DNA of 64,000 bases from Hemiscyllium ocellatum (GCF_020745735.1 NC_083415.1:8883731-8947730); one strand, 5' to 3'; numbered from the stretch's first letter, positions 12,512-25,219 are shown. Numbers and translations are program-made. Notes: generated by a model from the sequence alone, not told the origin.

Positions 12512-13677
12512 TTGGGAGCCTCCTGTGAAGCGCTTCTGTGATGTTTCCTCCGGCATTTATAGTGGTTTGTCTCTGCCGCTTCCGGTTGTCAGTTCTAGCT
12601 GTCCGCTGCAGTGGCCGCTATATTGGGTCCAGGTCGATGTGCTTATTGATTGATTGATTGAATCTGTGGATGAGTGCCATGCCTCTAGGAATTCCCTGGC
12701 TGTTCTCTGTTTGGCTTGTCCTATAATAGTAGTGTTGTCCCAGTCAAATTCATATTGCCTGTCATCTGCGTGTGTGGCTACTAAGGATAGCTGGTTGTGT
12801 CGTTTGGTGGCTAATTGGTGTTCATGGATGCGGATCGTCAGCTGTCTTCCTGTTTGTCCTATGTAGTGTTTTGTGCAGTCCGAATGGAGAATTCACCACT
12901 AAGGTATACAGGAAAGCCACACACACAGACCAAGTCCTAAACTACGAAATCAACCACCCCAACACACACAAAAGAAGTTGCATCAAGACACTATTCAAAA
13001 GGGCCACAACACACTGCAGTACACCAGAACTGCAAAAAGAGGAAGAACACCACCTGTACAATGTATTCGCCAAAAACGGATACCCGCGCAATTTCATCAA
13101 CAGATGCCTAAGGGAAAGACAACAGAACGAGGACATGCCGCAACCCAAAGGACTAGCCACACTCCCATACATCAGGAGCATTTCTGAACTGACAGCCAGA
13201 CTGCTGCGACCACTAGGACTCATAACAGCACACAAACCAACAGCCACTCTCAGACGGCAACTCACCAGGACGAAGGATCCGATACCCAGCATGAGCAAAA
13301 CCAACGTAGTGTACAAAATCCCATGCAAGGACTGCACAAAACACGACAAAGGACAAACAGGAAGGCAGCTAACGATCCACATCCATGAATTCCAACTAGC
13401 CACGAAACGATATGACCAGCTATCCTTAGTAGCCACACACGCAGATGACAGGCAACATGAATTCGGCTGGGACAACACTACTATTATAGGACAAGCCAAA
13501 CAGAGAACAGCCAGGGAATTCCTAGAGGCATGGCACTCATCCACAGATTCAATCAACAAACACATTGACCTGGACCCAATATACCGACCACTGCAACTGA
13601 CAACCAGAAGCGGCAGAGACAAATCACAATAAATGCCGGAGGAAACATCAAAGAAGCGCTTCACAGGAGGCTCCCAA

Positions 13678-13717
13678 GCACTGAGGATGTCATCTAGACA
13701 GGGGACGAAATGTCTGC
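13678..13717 (+). ncRNA. Hammerhead motif, second copy (stem III C>U)
   Basis: GCA CUGAGGA U GUCAUCU-AGAC-AGGGGAC GAAA UGUC UGC. Confidence 0.7.
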
Positions 13718-14652
13718 AACACGAATTTCCAGCTCGGCAAACAGAACCACGACAACGAGCACCCGAGCTACAAATCTTCTCCCAAACTTTGAAACCCTTC
13801 CTATTTATATACCCATACAAATGCCTTTTAAATGTTGTAATTGTACTAGCCTCCATCACTTCCTCTGGCCGCTCATTCCATACACGTACCACCCTCTGTG
13901 TGAAAAAGTTGCCCCTTAGCTCTCTTTTATATCTTTCCCCTCTCACCCTAAACCTATGCCCTCTAGTTCTGGACTCCCCGACCCCAGAGAAAAACCTTTG
14001 CCGATTTATCCTATCCATGCCCCTCATAATTTTGTAAACCTCTACAAGGTCACCCCTCAGCCTCTGGCGCTCCAGGGAAAACAGCCCCAGCCTGTTCAGC
14101 CTCTCCACATAGCTCAAATCCTCCAACCCTGGCAGCATCCGTATAAATCTTTTCTGAACCCTTTCAAGTTTCACAACATCCTTCAATAGGAGGGAGACCA
14201 GAACTGCGTGCAATATTCCAAAAGTGGCCTAACCAATGTCCTGTACAGCCACAACATGACCTCCCATTTCCTGTACTCAATACTCTGACCAATAAAGGAG
14301 AGCATACCAAACCCTCCTTCACTATCCTATGTACCTGCGACATATGTTGGCAATTATGGTGTGGAAGGAGATACATCTGCAATAGTCATTGCAGAAGGTG
14401 GACAATGATGAAGGAGATCTGCATGTAGTTTTGCATTGGTGCAGACTGTGTGGTGAGAGTGGCTGTTATGTCTGACAGTTTGCAAATTGATAGAATAGAG
14501 TGCTTGCATCCTGTAATTTAACTGCTCTCTCCAGATGCAACCCAAGACTCGAAAGACAGAACCTATAATTGTCTTCCTGGGTGTTCTCTGAGGTTCAGAC
14601 GGGTGCATTATGGAAACTTTACACATCTACTACTGCCCTTCCCTGAAATGCA

Positions 14653-14990
14653 GGGCGGCACAGTGGCATAGTGGTTAGCACTGTTGCCTCACAGCGCCAG
14701 AGACCCGGGTTCAATTCCCACCTCGGGTGACTCTCTGTATGGAGTTTGCATATTCTCCCCGTGTCTGTGTGGGTTTCCACCAGGTGCTCCAGTTTCCTCC
14801 CACAATCCAAAATGTGCAGGTTAGGTGAATTGGCCATGCTAAATTGCCTGTAATGTTAGGTGAAGGGGTAAATGTAGGGGAATGGGTCTGGGTGGGTTGC
14901 GCTTCAGCGGGTCGGTGTGGATTTGTTGGGCTGAAGGGCCTGTTTCCACACTGTAAGTAATCTAATCTAAGTAATGTAATCTAATCTAAT
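14653..14990 (+). mobile_element. HE1-type tRNA-derived V-SINE, full length
   Basis: tRNA-like head with A box (gtggcatagtggtt) and B box (ggttcaattcc), V domain (gtttgca..ctccccgtgtctg..gggtttcc), LINE-shared tail gggctgaagggcctgtttccacactgta and (TAATC)n end. Confidence 0.92.
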
Positions 14991-16786
14991 TACCTCCAAG
15001 TTGCACAGACTGGACTGTCCCTTTCCCTCTGAGTTATCTGAAAGAACTGGCATTTATAAAGTCTTTCTTGATCTTAGGATATCCCAAATGCTTTGCAGAC
15101 ATTAACTGCAATTATACTGCAGTGACTCCATTTTTTAAAAAAAATAACATGGTTGTTGAGTTGTGCATAGCAAGATTGCAATAGCCATGAATTAAGGACC
15201 AATTGATCTATTGCAAGGTTTGTTTCAGGAATAAATGTGGCACTCCATTGGAGTAACACTGTAGCTATGACATAATTTGAAATCGAGATCTTTCACATCT
15301 ACTTCCGAGGACAGATGGGGACTTGGTTTAATACCTCATGTGAAACATGGCACCTCCCTTGTAGCACTTCCTCAGTATTGGTCAGCCTAGATTATGGGTT
15401 TAAATCTCAAACTGTCCCCATTCAATGCCTTGTCTCCCCACACAATTTTGCCCAATTTGACATCCACTAAACCTGGAGATTGAGATGTAGTTCCTTAGGC
15501 TGACTATCTTAAACACCTCGCCCAAATAGACTGCACATTGCTTTCGCCAAGTAGGGCAATGCTAAGCTGCTTTACTGAGTGGGTCGGACAGTATGGGGTT
15601 TTAGGTATCCCATCTGATCCATTCTAGAGACAGGTACAAATATAAAACTGAGACTAAAAATGCAAGTCACCTTGATATTGCAGGCCAAATGTTGGACATT
15701 TTTCAGCAACACATTTTTAAGCTCTAATCTCCAGCATCTACAGTCCTCACTTTCTCCTCCCTGGTGAATGATCTTGTCTTTCTACTTCCCCAAACCCCAG
15801 TGAAACTGCGGAGCTCTCTCTTGAGGGACACCAGGCTCTGTGTTTCTGGGACAGCTGGGTTTGGAAAACCCATTGGAACAGCTTTGGATGGAAAATAAAA
15901 ACTGCAACAGGGTGGCCGCTCCTGGATTCGTCCTGGGCCGATGTGTTTGAGCACACTCCAACAAAGAAAACACCGGCTATTTGTCTCCCCCAAACACAGC
16001 CCAGGGGGATGATTCTTCAATTTCTGAAGACATTCAGACATCTCAGAAGCGTTGTCGATGCCGGCTGCTACTAACCTGTCAATTTTCCAATTGCTGTCTG
16101 ACATTTTCCCTTCAGAAAGCACCAGCTTGCTTTGGGGTACAGTTTAGGGACCCCCATGGATCCCATGCAACCACAGGTTAAGTAAGTGCACTACACTAGG
16201 TGTCTGGCCATGTGTCACATTTACAGTGAATGTTTTTTGTTGGCAGCCCCTTTCCAGTTTTCTGAACAGGCTGCTCCTTAAATATTGGCTGTACTTGAGC
16301 CTCGTGTTCCTGTGTGGGAAGGGACAGGCAAATCGAAGGGGCCTTCTTGTAGCACTGCTCCTATAAACCTGGCCAAAATGGCCATCAACAGGCCATAAAA
16401 GGAGTTGTTGTTCCTGACTGTCTGTCATACTTCCATGGTTACATCTGCACTCAGGTGTCCCTCGAGGAGAATGCAAGGCTTACCAGCACAATCGGGGCAA
16501 TGAGAGACCAATGGGCACCACTGGGCCTCGATTGCATCATCACCCCAAGCGGTGTTATTTTAATTTCACCAGTTTCCATTTCCTTTTTTAGTTTCATTAG
16601 CATTAATTTGTAGCTCATTACGGGCAAAAGAGCATATAGGAAGAGAATCTGGGCCCCTTAAATACCAATGAGGCTGTCTTTGTTTGGAACCACAGGATGT
16701 GGGTGAAATTCTCAACTAATGTGTTATTTAACTAATGTAGTTACAATTACACCATTTAAAAGCCATTTGAACAAAGCCATCTCTGT

Positions 16787-18695
16787 ACATAGAGATGTAC
16801 AGCATGGAAACAGACCCTTCGGTCCAACCCGTCCATGCTGACCAGATATCCCAACCCAATCTAGTCCCACCTGCCAGCACCCAGCCCATATCCCTCCAAA
16901 CCCTTCCTATTCATATACCCATCCAAATGCCTCTTAAATGTTGCAAATGTACCAGGCTCCACCACTTCCTCTGGCAGCTCATTCCATACACGTACCACCC
17001 TCTGCGTGAAAAAGTTACCCCTTAGATCTCTTTTATAAAATCTTTCCCCTCACCCTAAACCTATGTCCTCTAGTTCTGGACTCCCCAACCCCAGGGAAAA
17101 GACTTTGCCTATTTACCCTATTCATGCCCCTCATAATTTTGTAAACCTCTATAAGGTCGCCTCTCAGCCTCCGACGCTCCAGGGAAAACAGCTCCAGCCT
17201 GTTCAGCCTCCCCCATAGCTCAAATCCTCTAAACCTGGCAACATCCTTTTTATATCTTTTCTGAACCCTTTCAAGTTTCACAACATCTTTCCAATAGGAA
17301 GGAGACCAGAATTGTACGCAATATTCCAACAGTGGCCGAGCCAATGTCCTGTACAGCCGCAACATGACCTCCCAACTCCTGTACTCAATACTCTGACCAA
17401 TAAATGAAAGCATACCAAATGCCGCCTTCACTATCCTATCTACCTGCGATTCCACTCTCAAGGAGCTATGAACCTGCACTCCAAGGTCTCTTAGTTCAGC
17501 AACACTCCCTAGGACCTTACCATTAAGTGTATAAGTCCTGCTAAGATTTGCTTTCCCAAAATGCAGCACCTCGCATTTATCTGAATTAAACTCCATCTGC
17601 CACTTCTCAGCCCATTGGCCCATCTGGTCAAGATCCTGTTGTAACCTGAGGTAACCATTTTCGCTGTCCACTATACCTCCAATCTTGGTGTCATCTGCAA
17701 ACTTACGAACTGTACCTCTTATGCTCGCATCCAAATCATATATGCAAATGACAAAAAGTAGAGGACCCAGCACTGATCCTTGTGGCACTCCACTGGTCAC
17801 AGGCCTCCAGTCTAAAAAAAAACAACCCTTCATCACCACCCTGTGTCTTCTAGCTTTTGAGCCAGTTCTGTATCCAAATGGTTAGTTCTCCCTGAATTCC
17901 ATGAGATCTAACCTTGCTAATCAGTCTCCCATGGGGAACTTTCTGGAACGCCTTACTGAAGTCCATATAGACCACATCTACTGCTCTGTCCTCATCAATC
18001 CTCTTTGTTACTTCATCAAAAAACTCAGTCAAGTTTGAGAGACATGATTTCCCACGCACAAAGCCATGTTGACCATCCCTAATCAGTCCTTGCATTTCCA
18101 AATACATTTACATCCTGTCCCTCAGGATTCCCTCCAACAACTTGCCCACCAGGCTCACTGGTCTATAGTTCCCTGGCTTGTCCTTACCACCCTTCTTAAA
18201 CAGTGGCACCACGTTTGCCAACCTCCAGCCTTCCGGCACCTCACCTGTGACTATCGATGATACAAATATCTCAGCAAGAGGCCCAGCAATCACTTCTCTA
18301 GCTTTCCACAGAGTTCTCGGGTACACCTGATCAGGACCTGGGGATTTATCCACCTTTAACCGTTTCAAGACATCCAGCACTTCCTCCTCTGTAATCTGGA
18401 CATTTTGCAAGATGTCACCATCTATTTCCTGACAGTCTATATCTTCCATATCCTTTTCCACACTAAATACTAATGCAAAATATTCATTTAGTATCTCCCC
18501 CATTTTCTGTGGCTCCACACAAAGGCCATCTTGCTGATCTTTGAGGGGCCCTATTCTCTTCCCTAGTTACCCTTTTGTCCTTAATGTATTTGGAAAAACC
18601 CTTTGGATTCTCCATAATTCTATTTCCCAAAACTATCTCATGTCCCCTTTTTGCCCTCCTGATTTCCCTCTTAAGTATACTCCTACTTCCTTTAT
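16787..18695 (-). mobile_element. CR1-clade LINE (HER1-like), 5'-truncated ORF2 RT region plus 3' end
   Basis: Minus ORFs 18108-18518 (KSPGPDQVYPR..WRLANVVPLFKKG..NYRPVSL), 17850-18107 (QHGFVRGKSCLSNL..VYMDFSKAF) and 17033-17839 (GVPQGSVLGPLLF..KFADDTK), separated by stops and frameshifts. Confidence 0.95.
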
Positions 18696-19529
18696 ACATT
18701 TAGGAGGATATCTGCCAAAGGCAGGCAAATGGGATTAATTTAATTTGGGAAAGCTGATTGACTAGGATAAGTTGGAAGGAAGGGTCTGTTTGATGCTGTA
18801 TTCCTCTATGACTCTATACTGGTTTCACTCTTGCCTTTTAGGCTAGAAGGTCAAACACTCTCGCCCTACTGCAGAGATAACACCATGAGTGTACTCTCGA
18901 GGGATTGTCATAGCTTTGGTGTGATAGCAAACCAAGGTCTGACCTGTGCTGTCAGCTGGGTGCAGGTGATTTCCCTGGCAGTGTTGGAAGTCGTTCTCTC
19001 CAGTATCCCAGACCATACTTATCAGTTAACCAATATGCTCCGTCAAATTACCCGGTCCTTAATCTTACTGTAATGTTTTGGATTTAATACTATGGAATGA
19101 CTTTTTTTTGTGTCTGAAAGGTAAAGCAAATTCATGGCATGTAGCTGATGCAGGAAGGTGACATTCTTTTTTTCCACTATCTGTGTTCCGTGCCATCATC
19201 TGTCTGGCTGCAGATTTGCAAGCTGCTGTGGGGCAGAGAGTTAACAGTGAGGCGAAGAGGCTCTCAGTGAACATTGGAGAATTGACATTGTTTGCATTTG
19301 AGAAGCTAGGCTCATGATGATCTTGGGTGAGCGTCATATGGTGGGTCTAAATTCAGAAACTTGCTGACCTCAGTTGTAGGAATGTACTTTTCAGTCCCAT
19401 TTGATGTGAGTAATTAAATCTTCTAGGTGATGGAGCTAAAGGCACTAAGCTCCTGCAGGGTTTTTAGTTTGCTTGGTCGAGGTTTACCGACTGAAAAGCA
19501 CAACCTTCCAAGAGTGAGAGAAGCACAAT

Positions 19530-19738
19530 GCTGAAAATGTGTTGCTGGAAAAGCGCAGCAGGTCAGGCAGCATCCAAGGAACAGGAGAATCGACGTTTCG
19601 GGCAAAAGCCCTTCTTCAGGAATGACATTCCTGAAGAAGGGCTTATGCCCGAAACATCAATTCTCCTGCTCCTTGGATACTGCCTGACCTGCGCATTTTC
19701 AGCTCTGATCTCCAGCATCTGCAGTCCTCACTTTCTCC
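19530..19738. mobile_element. Palindromic mini-element made only of two head-to-head family-B Penelope terminal repeats
   Basis: Symmetry centre caggaatg-a-cattcctg at 19625, with a hammerhead motif on each arm. TSD TGAGAGAAGCACAAT at 19515-19529 and 19739-19753. Confidence 0.88.
19588..19623 (-). ncRNA. Minimal hammerhead ribozyme motif (intact core)
   Basis: Minus strand AUUC CUGAAGA A GGGC-UUUU-GCCC GAAA CGUC GAUU. Confidence 0.8.
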
Positions 19739-19810
19739 TGAGAGAAGCACAATCCCAATAACGTGTCCAGAGATAACTGCATCAGTATTGTCACCATTTG
19801 TGCTTGACAG

Positions 19811-20127
19811 AATCATAGATTCCCTTACAGTATGGAAACTGGCCCTTCGGCCCAACAGGTCCACAACGACGCTTCAAAGAGTAACCCTCCTACCGTATAT
19901 TTACCCCTGACTAACTTAACCTACACATCCCTGAACACTATGGGCAATTTAGCATGGCCAATTCACCTGACCTGAACATCATTGGACTGTGGGAGGAAAC
20001 TGGAGCACCCGGAGGAAACCCACACAGACACAGGGAGAACGTGCAAACTCCACACAGTCAGTCACCCGAGGCTGGAATCAAACCTGGGTCCCTAGCGTTG
20101 AGGCAGCAGTGCTAACCACTGAGCCAC
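19811..20127 (-). mobile_element. HE1-type SINE
   Basis: Reverse complement of the 14653 element. Confidence 0.88.
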
Positions 20128-22274
20128 ACATTGATGTTTAACAATGTTCCATAGAAATAGTTCAAATACAGTCTGTGCTATGGTTCTGGAGTAGAGTGGT
20201 GCTGGAAAAGCACAGCAGTTCAGGCAGCAGCCAAGGCGCAAAGTCGGTGCTATGGCTGGGAAGAGAGGGGAGGAGGAAAGGCAGTGCTCGATGGCAGCTG
20301 TTGAGAGTTTGGGTTTATTGGTATTTATTTAAAGTTACTGTGAGCCCCCCTCCTCCCCTCTCCCTTTTTAGATCAGGTTTCCTTACTCATCTTAATACGA
20401 GAAAGTCAGTCTTTATTAGCAGTACATGTGGGAAATATAGTGGAAGCTAGTCAATTTCTGACCAATTCTATTAACGCGATTGAGATGTATACAAGAGTAC
20501 AACAAGCTGCTTTCCTTGTTAGAGTTCCCTCACAGTAGTGTACTGATTTTTGCTGCAGTAAGAGTCCTGGACATGTGGATAAGTTGGATAACCTGTGACT
20601 GAGAGTGAATGTGGAAAAATCACAGTTGACTTCATCTTGTCATCCCTAGGATTGCATGTGGCATGCCTCATCAGAAGTGAAGGAACCCTATGGCAGTTAG
20701 GGGGTGGGCATGCCTGCTGATTACTACCAGTCCTTTCCTCCTCCCCTGCCCCTTCCAAACCTCACTCACTTGCTGGTAGCAAAATTTAAGCCCTAAACAG
20801 ATAAGAGATTTGGGACATTGTCTGATCAGGCCCTTTGTCAGGAGGCAAGTGCTTATGGTTTCTTTTAACAGACTGAGCTGCGCACGATACAATCATTGTG
20901 CTTTAATAGCTAGAATAAAAAGCCAAACCGAATCAGGAGATGAAGCAGGCCTTTCCAGTCATTGTACTGCAATGCCCCGTCAAACAAAATTGCCCTTGCA
21001 TCGTGCCTTTCCAAATGGAAGTGCTGCACAGAAGTCACTGTCTAGAAATATTCGTAATTGAGAAGATATATTTCTGTATAATTTTAATATAGTGGAACAT
21101 AAAATGTGTAACTGCACTCTGTAATCTGGTCCAAGTTCACATTAACCTATTTTGAGACCATTTATGAGAAAAACTGATATTGGGTAGAATCCAGGACCTG
21201 CCTTTTGGTGTAAGGTGATCAATGGCGGTTCTTTGCCTGGCGGGTTTATTATAAATTGAGACGGTACAGCACCAAAAAGCCACATAGCCCTCAGAGTGTC
21301 TGGCAACTGGGCAATCTCAACATTGTGGACAAGATGCTAAATCTCACCCATTCCAAACAGAGGGTCATTCTGCCCAGTAAACGTCACAGGTTAGCCAGTG
21401 ACCTTGGACATTAGATAATGACTGGTTTGCTATGGTTCCTAGCCTATGAAGTAGCTGTTGCTATATAAACTAAATTTCTGAATCAATGTGGGATTTTTTA
21501 ACCAGTTGATGACTTTCTCCAGCCCTTGTTCCTGAGCTGACTTCCTATTTGCTGTAGGAAGTCAGTATCTTCAATATAAATTCTGAAAACACGCCAATGT
21601 GGGGAGGGTGGGCGACAGTGGACCAGAAGAGACCGAGGTTCAACAGGAAATATCGACCTTTTGTTTCTCTCTAACCCATCTACTGTCCAATTCTGGCACT
21701 TTTTAATTACAGCTTTCAGCAGAGTTTTTTTGTTGTTGTTTATAGATAGCTGGCTTGTGCTGCTTTTGTCTTGACATAAAGAGAAGAGAATATTCAGACT
21801 CCAGGGTCAGTCATGGCTGCGGGAGCAGTGTCCTGTCTGACTACACGAAGTGTGAGACCATAATTTCCTAGCAGACAGTGTTGTCTTTCTGACTGAGTGG
21901 AATTTGCAGATAAGCTGGGTGGAGAAGTGTTTGCCAGCCTTTTGTGCTGGTGGTTAATTTTAGAATCGTTGCAGTCAGCCGAGAGGTGTGTGTGTGTGTG
22001 AGAGAGAGAGACCCCCTCCCCCTTGCGCCCAGACCCTGCCTACGTGTGCATGTCTGAGTCTCGTATTCTCACTGTCTGGTTTCGAGAAGGGAGATGTCTC
22101 AAGAGCCCTCAGTGGAAATTTTCAGCAGTTGTTGAAGTGCACCTAAAGGGTTTTTGGTTTGTCTCTGAATTAAATGCATTAATTAACACAGTTGCCATAG
22201 TAAGCAGGGAAGTCTTTGTAAGCGAATTGGGGGGGGAGGGGTGACACTTCTATTAGCACTGCCCTGCAGGTGCT

Positions 22275-22314
22275 CCCCCCCCCCCCCCCCCCCCCCCCCC
22301 CCACCTCCACACCC
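22275..22314. repeat. Poly-C tract (others at about 7693-7719, poly-G at about 40730-40752)
   Basis: Direct reading. Confidence 0.9.
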
Positions 22315-23487
22315 CGGCCAGTGCAGTCTAGAAAAGTGAAAGGAAGAAAAGCTTTGCATTTGACTTTGAAACTTCAAGCCGGGCCATGCCTGATTTCAAG
22401 AGCTGGCTGGTCACTTGAAATAAGAAATATACGTAACTGCATTCTTTAAAATATATCCACTTCTCTTTCCCCACCCTCCTTATATTTTATTGGGATGCCT
22501 TTTGGTGTTTTGTTTGATCATCGCTCATTAATTTTCAACTGTCTGTATCTCCGATCCAGAATGAGAGTGATTTCATATGGGGCCTTACTTTTTTTTTGAA
22601 AAGCAGACTATTAAAACCTTAACAGGACATCTCTAAAGGTCACAGAGCTAGCCTAGACTGGCAGGACTTCAATTGGTGAGCCGGGCTCTCTGGGAACTGC
22701 AGCAATATTACATAAGAATGTAAATTGCTCCGTAACACAAGTGCTGCATTAGAGACAATACAAAGATAAAATTGTTGTGACTTTACGTTTCCTTTTCCCT
22801 CCCTCTGCCTCTTCATTGCTTCATGCTACCGATGTGCCCTTCAGTTTTAAGGATCTCATTAATCGCTTTGTCCCCAGACAAATGAGAATCTGTGTCAAAA
22901 TCACCTTCCAGTTGCCAATGATTTTTTTTTAACCATTCCTGTGGGGTCCCTACTTCTTGTGAGCAACAGTGATTATTCTGTGTCTATACTCCCGGTTTTA
23001 ATTGAAGAATTCATTTTCCTGTCTATCGACTCTGATCTACCACACTTGTGTGCACAAAGCTACTTGGCGCAGTCTGTAAGAAGATGGATGAGACAACTGA
23101 GAGAAAGGAGCTCCCAATTGCCACTGAGTGCCAGTTCAGTTTGCTATATATAATTGCCCCACTCGTGTTTTGCAGACTGGGCTGTACTGGGTAAAGCACA
23201 CCTGACACACATGCAGAAACCCACTGTCAGCGTAACATGGGAGGGCTGACTCAAGAAATCCATGAGATCCCATGACTGTAGAGAGTCCCCGGGCTGCCTC
23301 TAACTTCCAGCGCCTCCCTCCTATCCTCAATCCTTAAGACGCTAGGGGAATGGAGTGCACAAGGGGCCTTAGTATTCAAGATTTAAAGGGGACTCTTTTT
23401 TTCTCTCTCTTTCCCCTGCACAATAGACAAACAGACGCGCATATGACAAATGTAGGTCAAAAGTGATCTGTTACTTCACATTTACAT

Positions 23488-23671
23488 NNNNNNNNNNNNN
23501 NNNNNNNNNNNNNNNNNNNNNNNNNNNNNNNNNNNNNNNNNNNNNNNNNNNNNNNNNNNNNNNNNNNNNNNNNNNNNNNNNNNNNNNNNNNNNNNNNNNN
23601 NNNNNNNNNNNNNNNNNNNNNNNNNNNNNNNNNNNNNNNNNNNNNNNNNNNNNNNNNNNNNNNNNNNNNNN
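23488..23671. other. Assembly gap (184 N)
   Basis: Run of n characters. Confidence 1.
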
Positions 23672-23783
23672 AGATGGAGACTCTGCTTCATTGAGTTAAT
23701 TCACTCAGCTCACTGAATAAAAAGAACAAGCCTTTTGTGTCTGAACTTGCACTATCCGTTGCAGCCTCTACAAAGAGCCAAGA

Positions 23784-23787
23784 ATGG
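23784..23787 (+). CDS. Candidate coding end (ATG G) of a short alternative first exon giving MAELEF...
   Basis: AGAATGG|gttagt has Kozak A at -3 and G at +4, immediately followed by a plausible donor. Phase 1 joins the 48726 exon in frame as M-A-E-L-E-F, like the short PMEPA1 isoform. Inference only. Confidence 0.4.
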
Positions 23788-24926
23788 GTTAGTGCACAGC
23801 TCTCTCCAGCCGCCACACTGACGTGGAGGGCTTGCTTTCTCCTGTATTTGCTTGATTTTTTTTGGATCTGGAGGAGTTTTACTTGAACAAATCTTTTTGG
23901 ACAAGTTAATGTCCTTTAGTCAGTGGTGGGAGCGATGATGTTGTGGTGAACGACTCCCTCTATTCCATGTAATAAACTGTATCCCACAAAATAGCCAGAG
24001 TCAAAATGTTGGTGTCAGCCGAGGCTTAGTTAGGAGCACAGCCCGTCTCTGGGTCAAGAGGCTGGAGATTCAAGTCCCACTCTGGCACTTAGCACAAAAA
24101 TCCAGGTTGATGCTTCCATGCAGTGCACTGCTGGAGGACCATCCATTCACAGCAGAGTGGGAGGATGATAAAAATTAATTTAGCTGACGAGAACTGTGCA
24201 GTGTACTGTAGCAATCTGGTTTCCTTAAGACAGGCTATTGCTAGAGATGGCCTTGCTGAACTGCTGTCTGTACTGCAGTAATCCGTTACCACCATTTAAC
24301 TTGAATAGATTTGTAGGATCCCGACAGTGCAGAAAGAGGCCATTTGGGCTATCGAGTCTGCACTGACCCTCTGAGAAGCATCCCACCTTGGCCCCCCCCC
24401 AACCTTTCCCCATAACTCTGTATTTCCCACCTAGCCCGCACGTCGTTGGACACTATGGGTAACGGAGCATGACCAGTCCGCCTAACCTGCACATCTTTTG
24501 GATTGTGAGACACATCTAGCATTGGACTAACTTTTCTGTAAGTTGTTGCTTTATTAAACCTGCACTAAAGACTGACCTGCCTTTTAAAAATCTTACAATA
24601 AACACACAAACTTCCAAAGTAAGTGCTAATGCAAATATTAAATGGTGTTTGATGCAGTTGCTGCTCCAAATGGAAGTGGAGACATTTTGGTTCAATTTAG
24701 AGGATCCCAATATCGATTGTTCACAAAGACTCAGGATGGGAAAGCCCTTTCTGAAACCTCATTGGGTCACCTGCCAAATTAGAGGATGCTAGATTAGAGT
24801 GATGCTGGAAAAGCACAGCCAGTCGGGCAGCATCTGAGGAGCAGGAAAATCGACGTTCCAGGCAGAAGCCACGTTAGAGGATGCACTGTACATGGGAATA
24901 GAGATCAGCCATTTGGCCCAACGTCA

Positions 24927-25219
24927 TTTAGATTAGATTACTTAGTGTGGAAACAGGCCCTTCGGCCCAACAAGTCCACACCGACCTGCCAAAGCGCACC
25001 CACCCTACCCCTACATTTACCCCTTACCTAACACTACGGGCAATTTAGCATGGCCAATTCACCCAACCTGTACATCTTTGGACTGTGGGAGGAAACCAGA
25101 GCACCCGGAGGAAACCCACGCAGACACTGGGAGAATGTGCAAACTCCACACGGTTGCCCGAGGCGGGAATTGAACCCGGGTCCCTGGTGCTGTGAGGCAG
25201 CAGTGCTAACCACTGTGCT
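24927..25219 (-). mobile_element. HE1-type SINE
   Basis: (TAGAT)n tail, V domain and B box on the minus strand. Confidence 0.9.

Larger units (their letters stand above)
12436..13791 (+). mobile_element. Penelope-like element, family A (Poseidon-type), 5'-truncated with inverted terminal arm, nested in a CR1/HER1 LINE
   Basis: Body 12882-13791 encodes the RT C-terminus (VYRKATHTDQVLNY...HKRSCIKTLFKRA) and a GIY-YIG region (NVVYKIPCKDCTKH..GQTGR...EFLEAWH). 12436-12881 is an inverted copy of about 13329-13755. Direct repeat AAACCCTTCCTATT at 12422-12435 and 13792-13805 is the TSD. Confidence 0.92.
12310..14340 (-). mobile_element. CR1/HER1 LINE 3' fragment split by the Penelope insertion
   Basis: LINE sequence at 12310-12435 resumes at 13792-14340 (KDVVKLERVQKRFIRMLPGL). 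Confidence 0.9.

Noticed and set aside
12772-13632. 286-aa ORF as an intact endonuclease gene
   Set aside because: The N-terminus comes from the inverted arm, the RT catalytic core is missing and YIG is mutated to DKG.
12942-14213. 423-aa minus-strand ORF, the longest in the track
   Set aside because: It is a chimaera of LINE ORF2 C-terminus running into the antisense of the Penelope insertion, not a gene.
14653-14725. tRNA gene-like A/B boxes
   Set aside because: These are the tRNA-derived head of an HE1 SINE and continue into V domain and tail.
23463-23699. ORFs spanning the N run
   Set aside because: Artefacts of the assembly gap.
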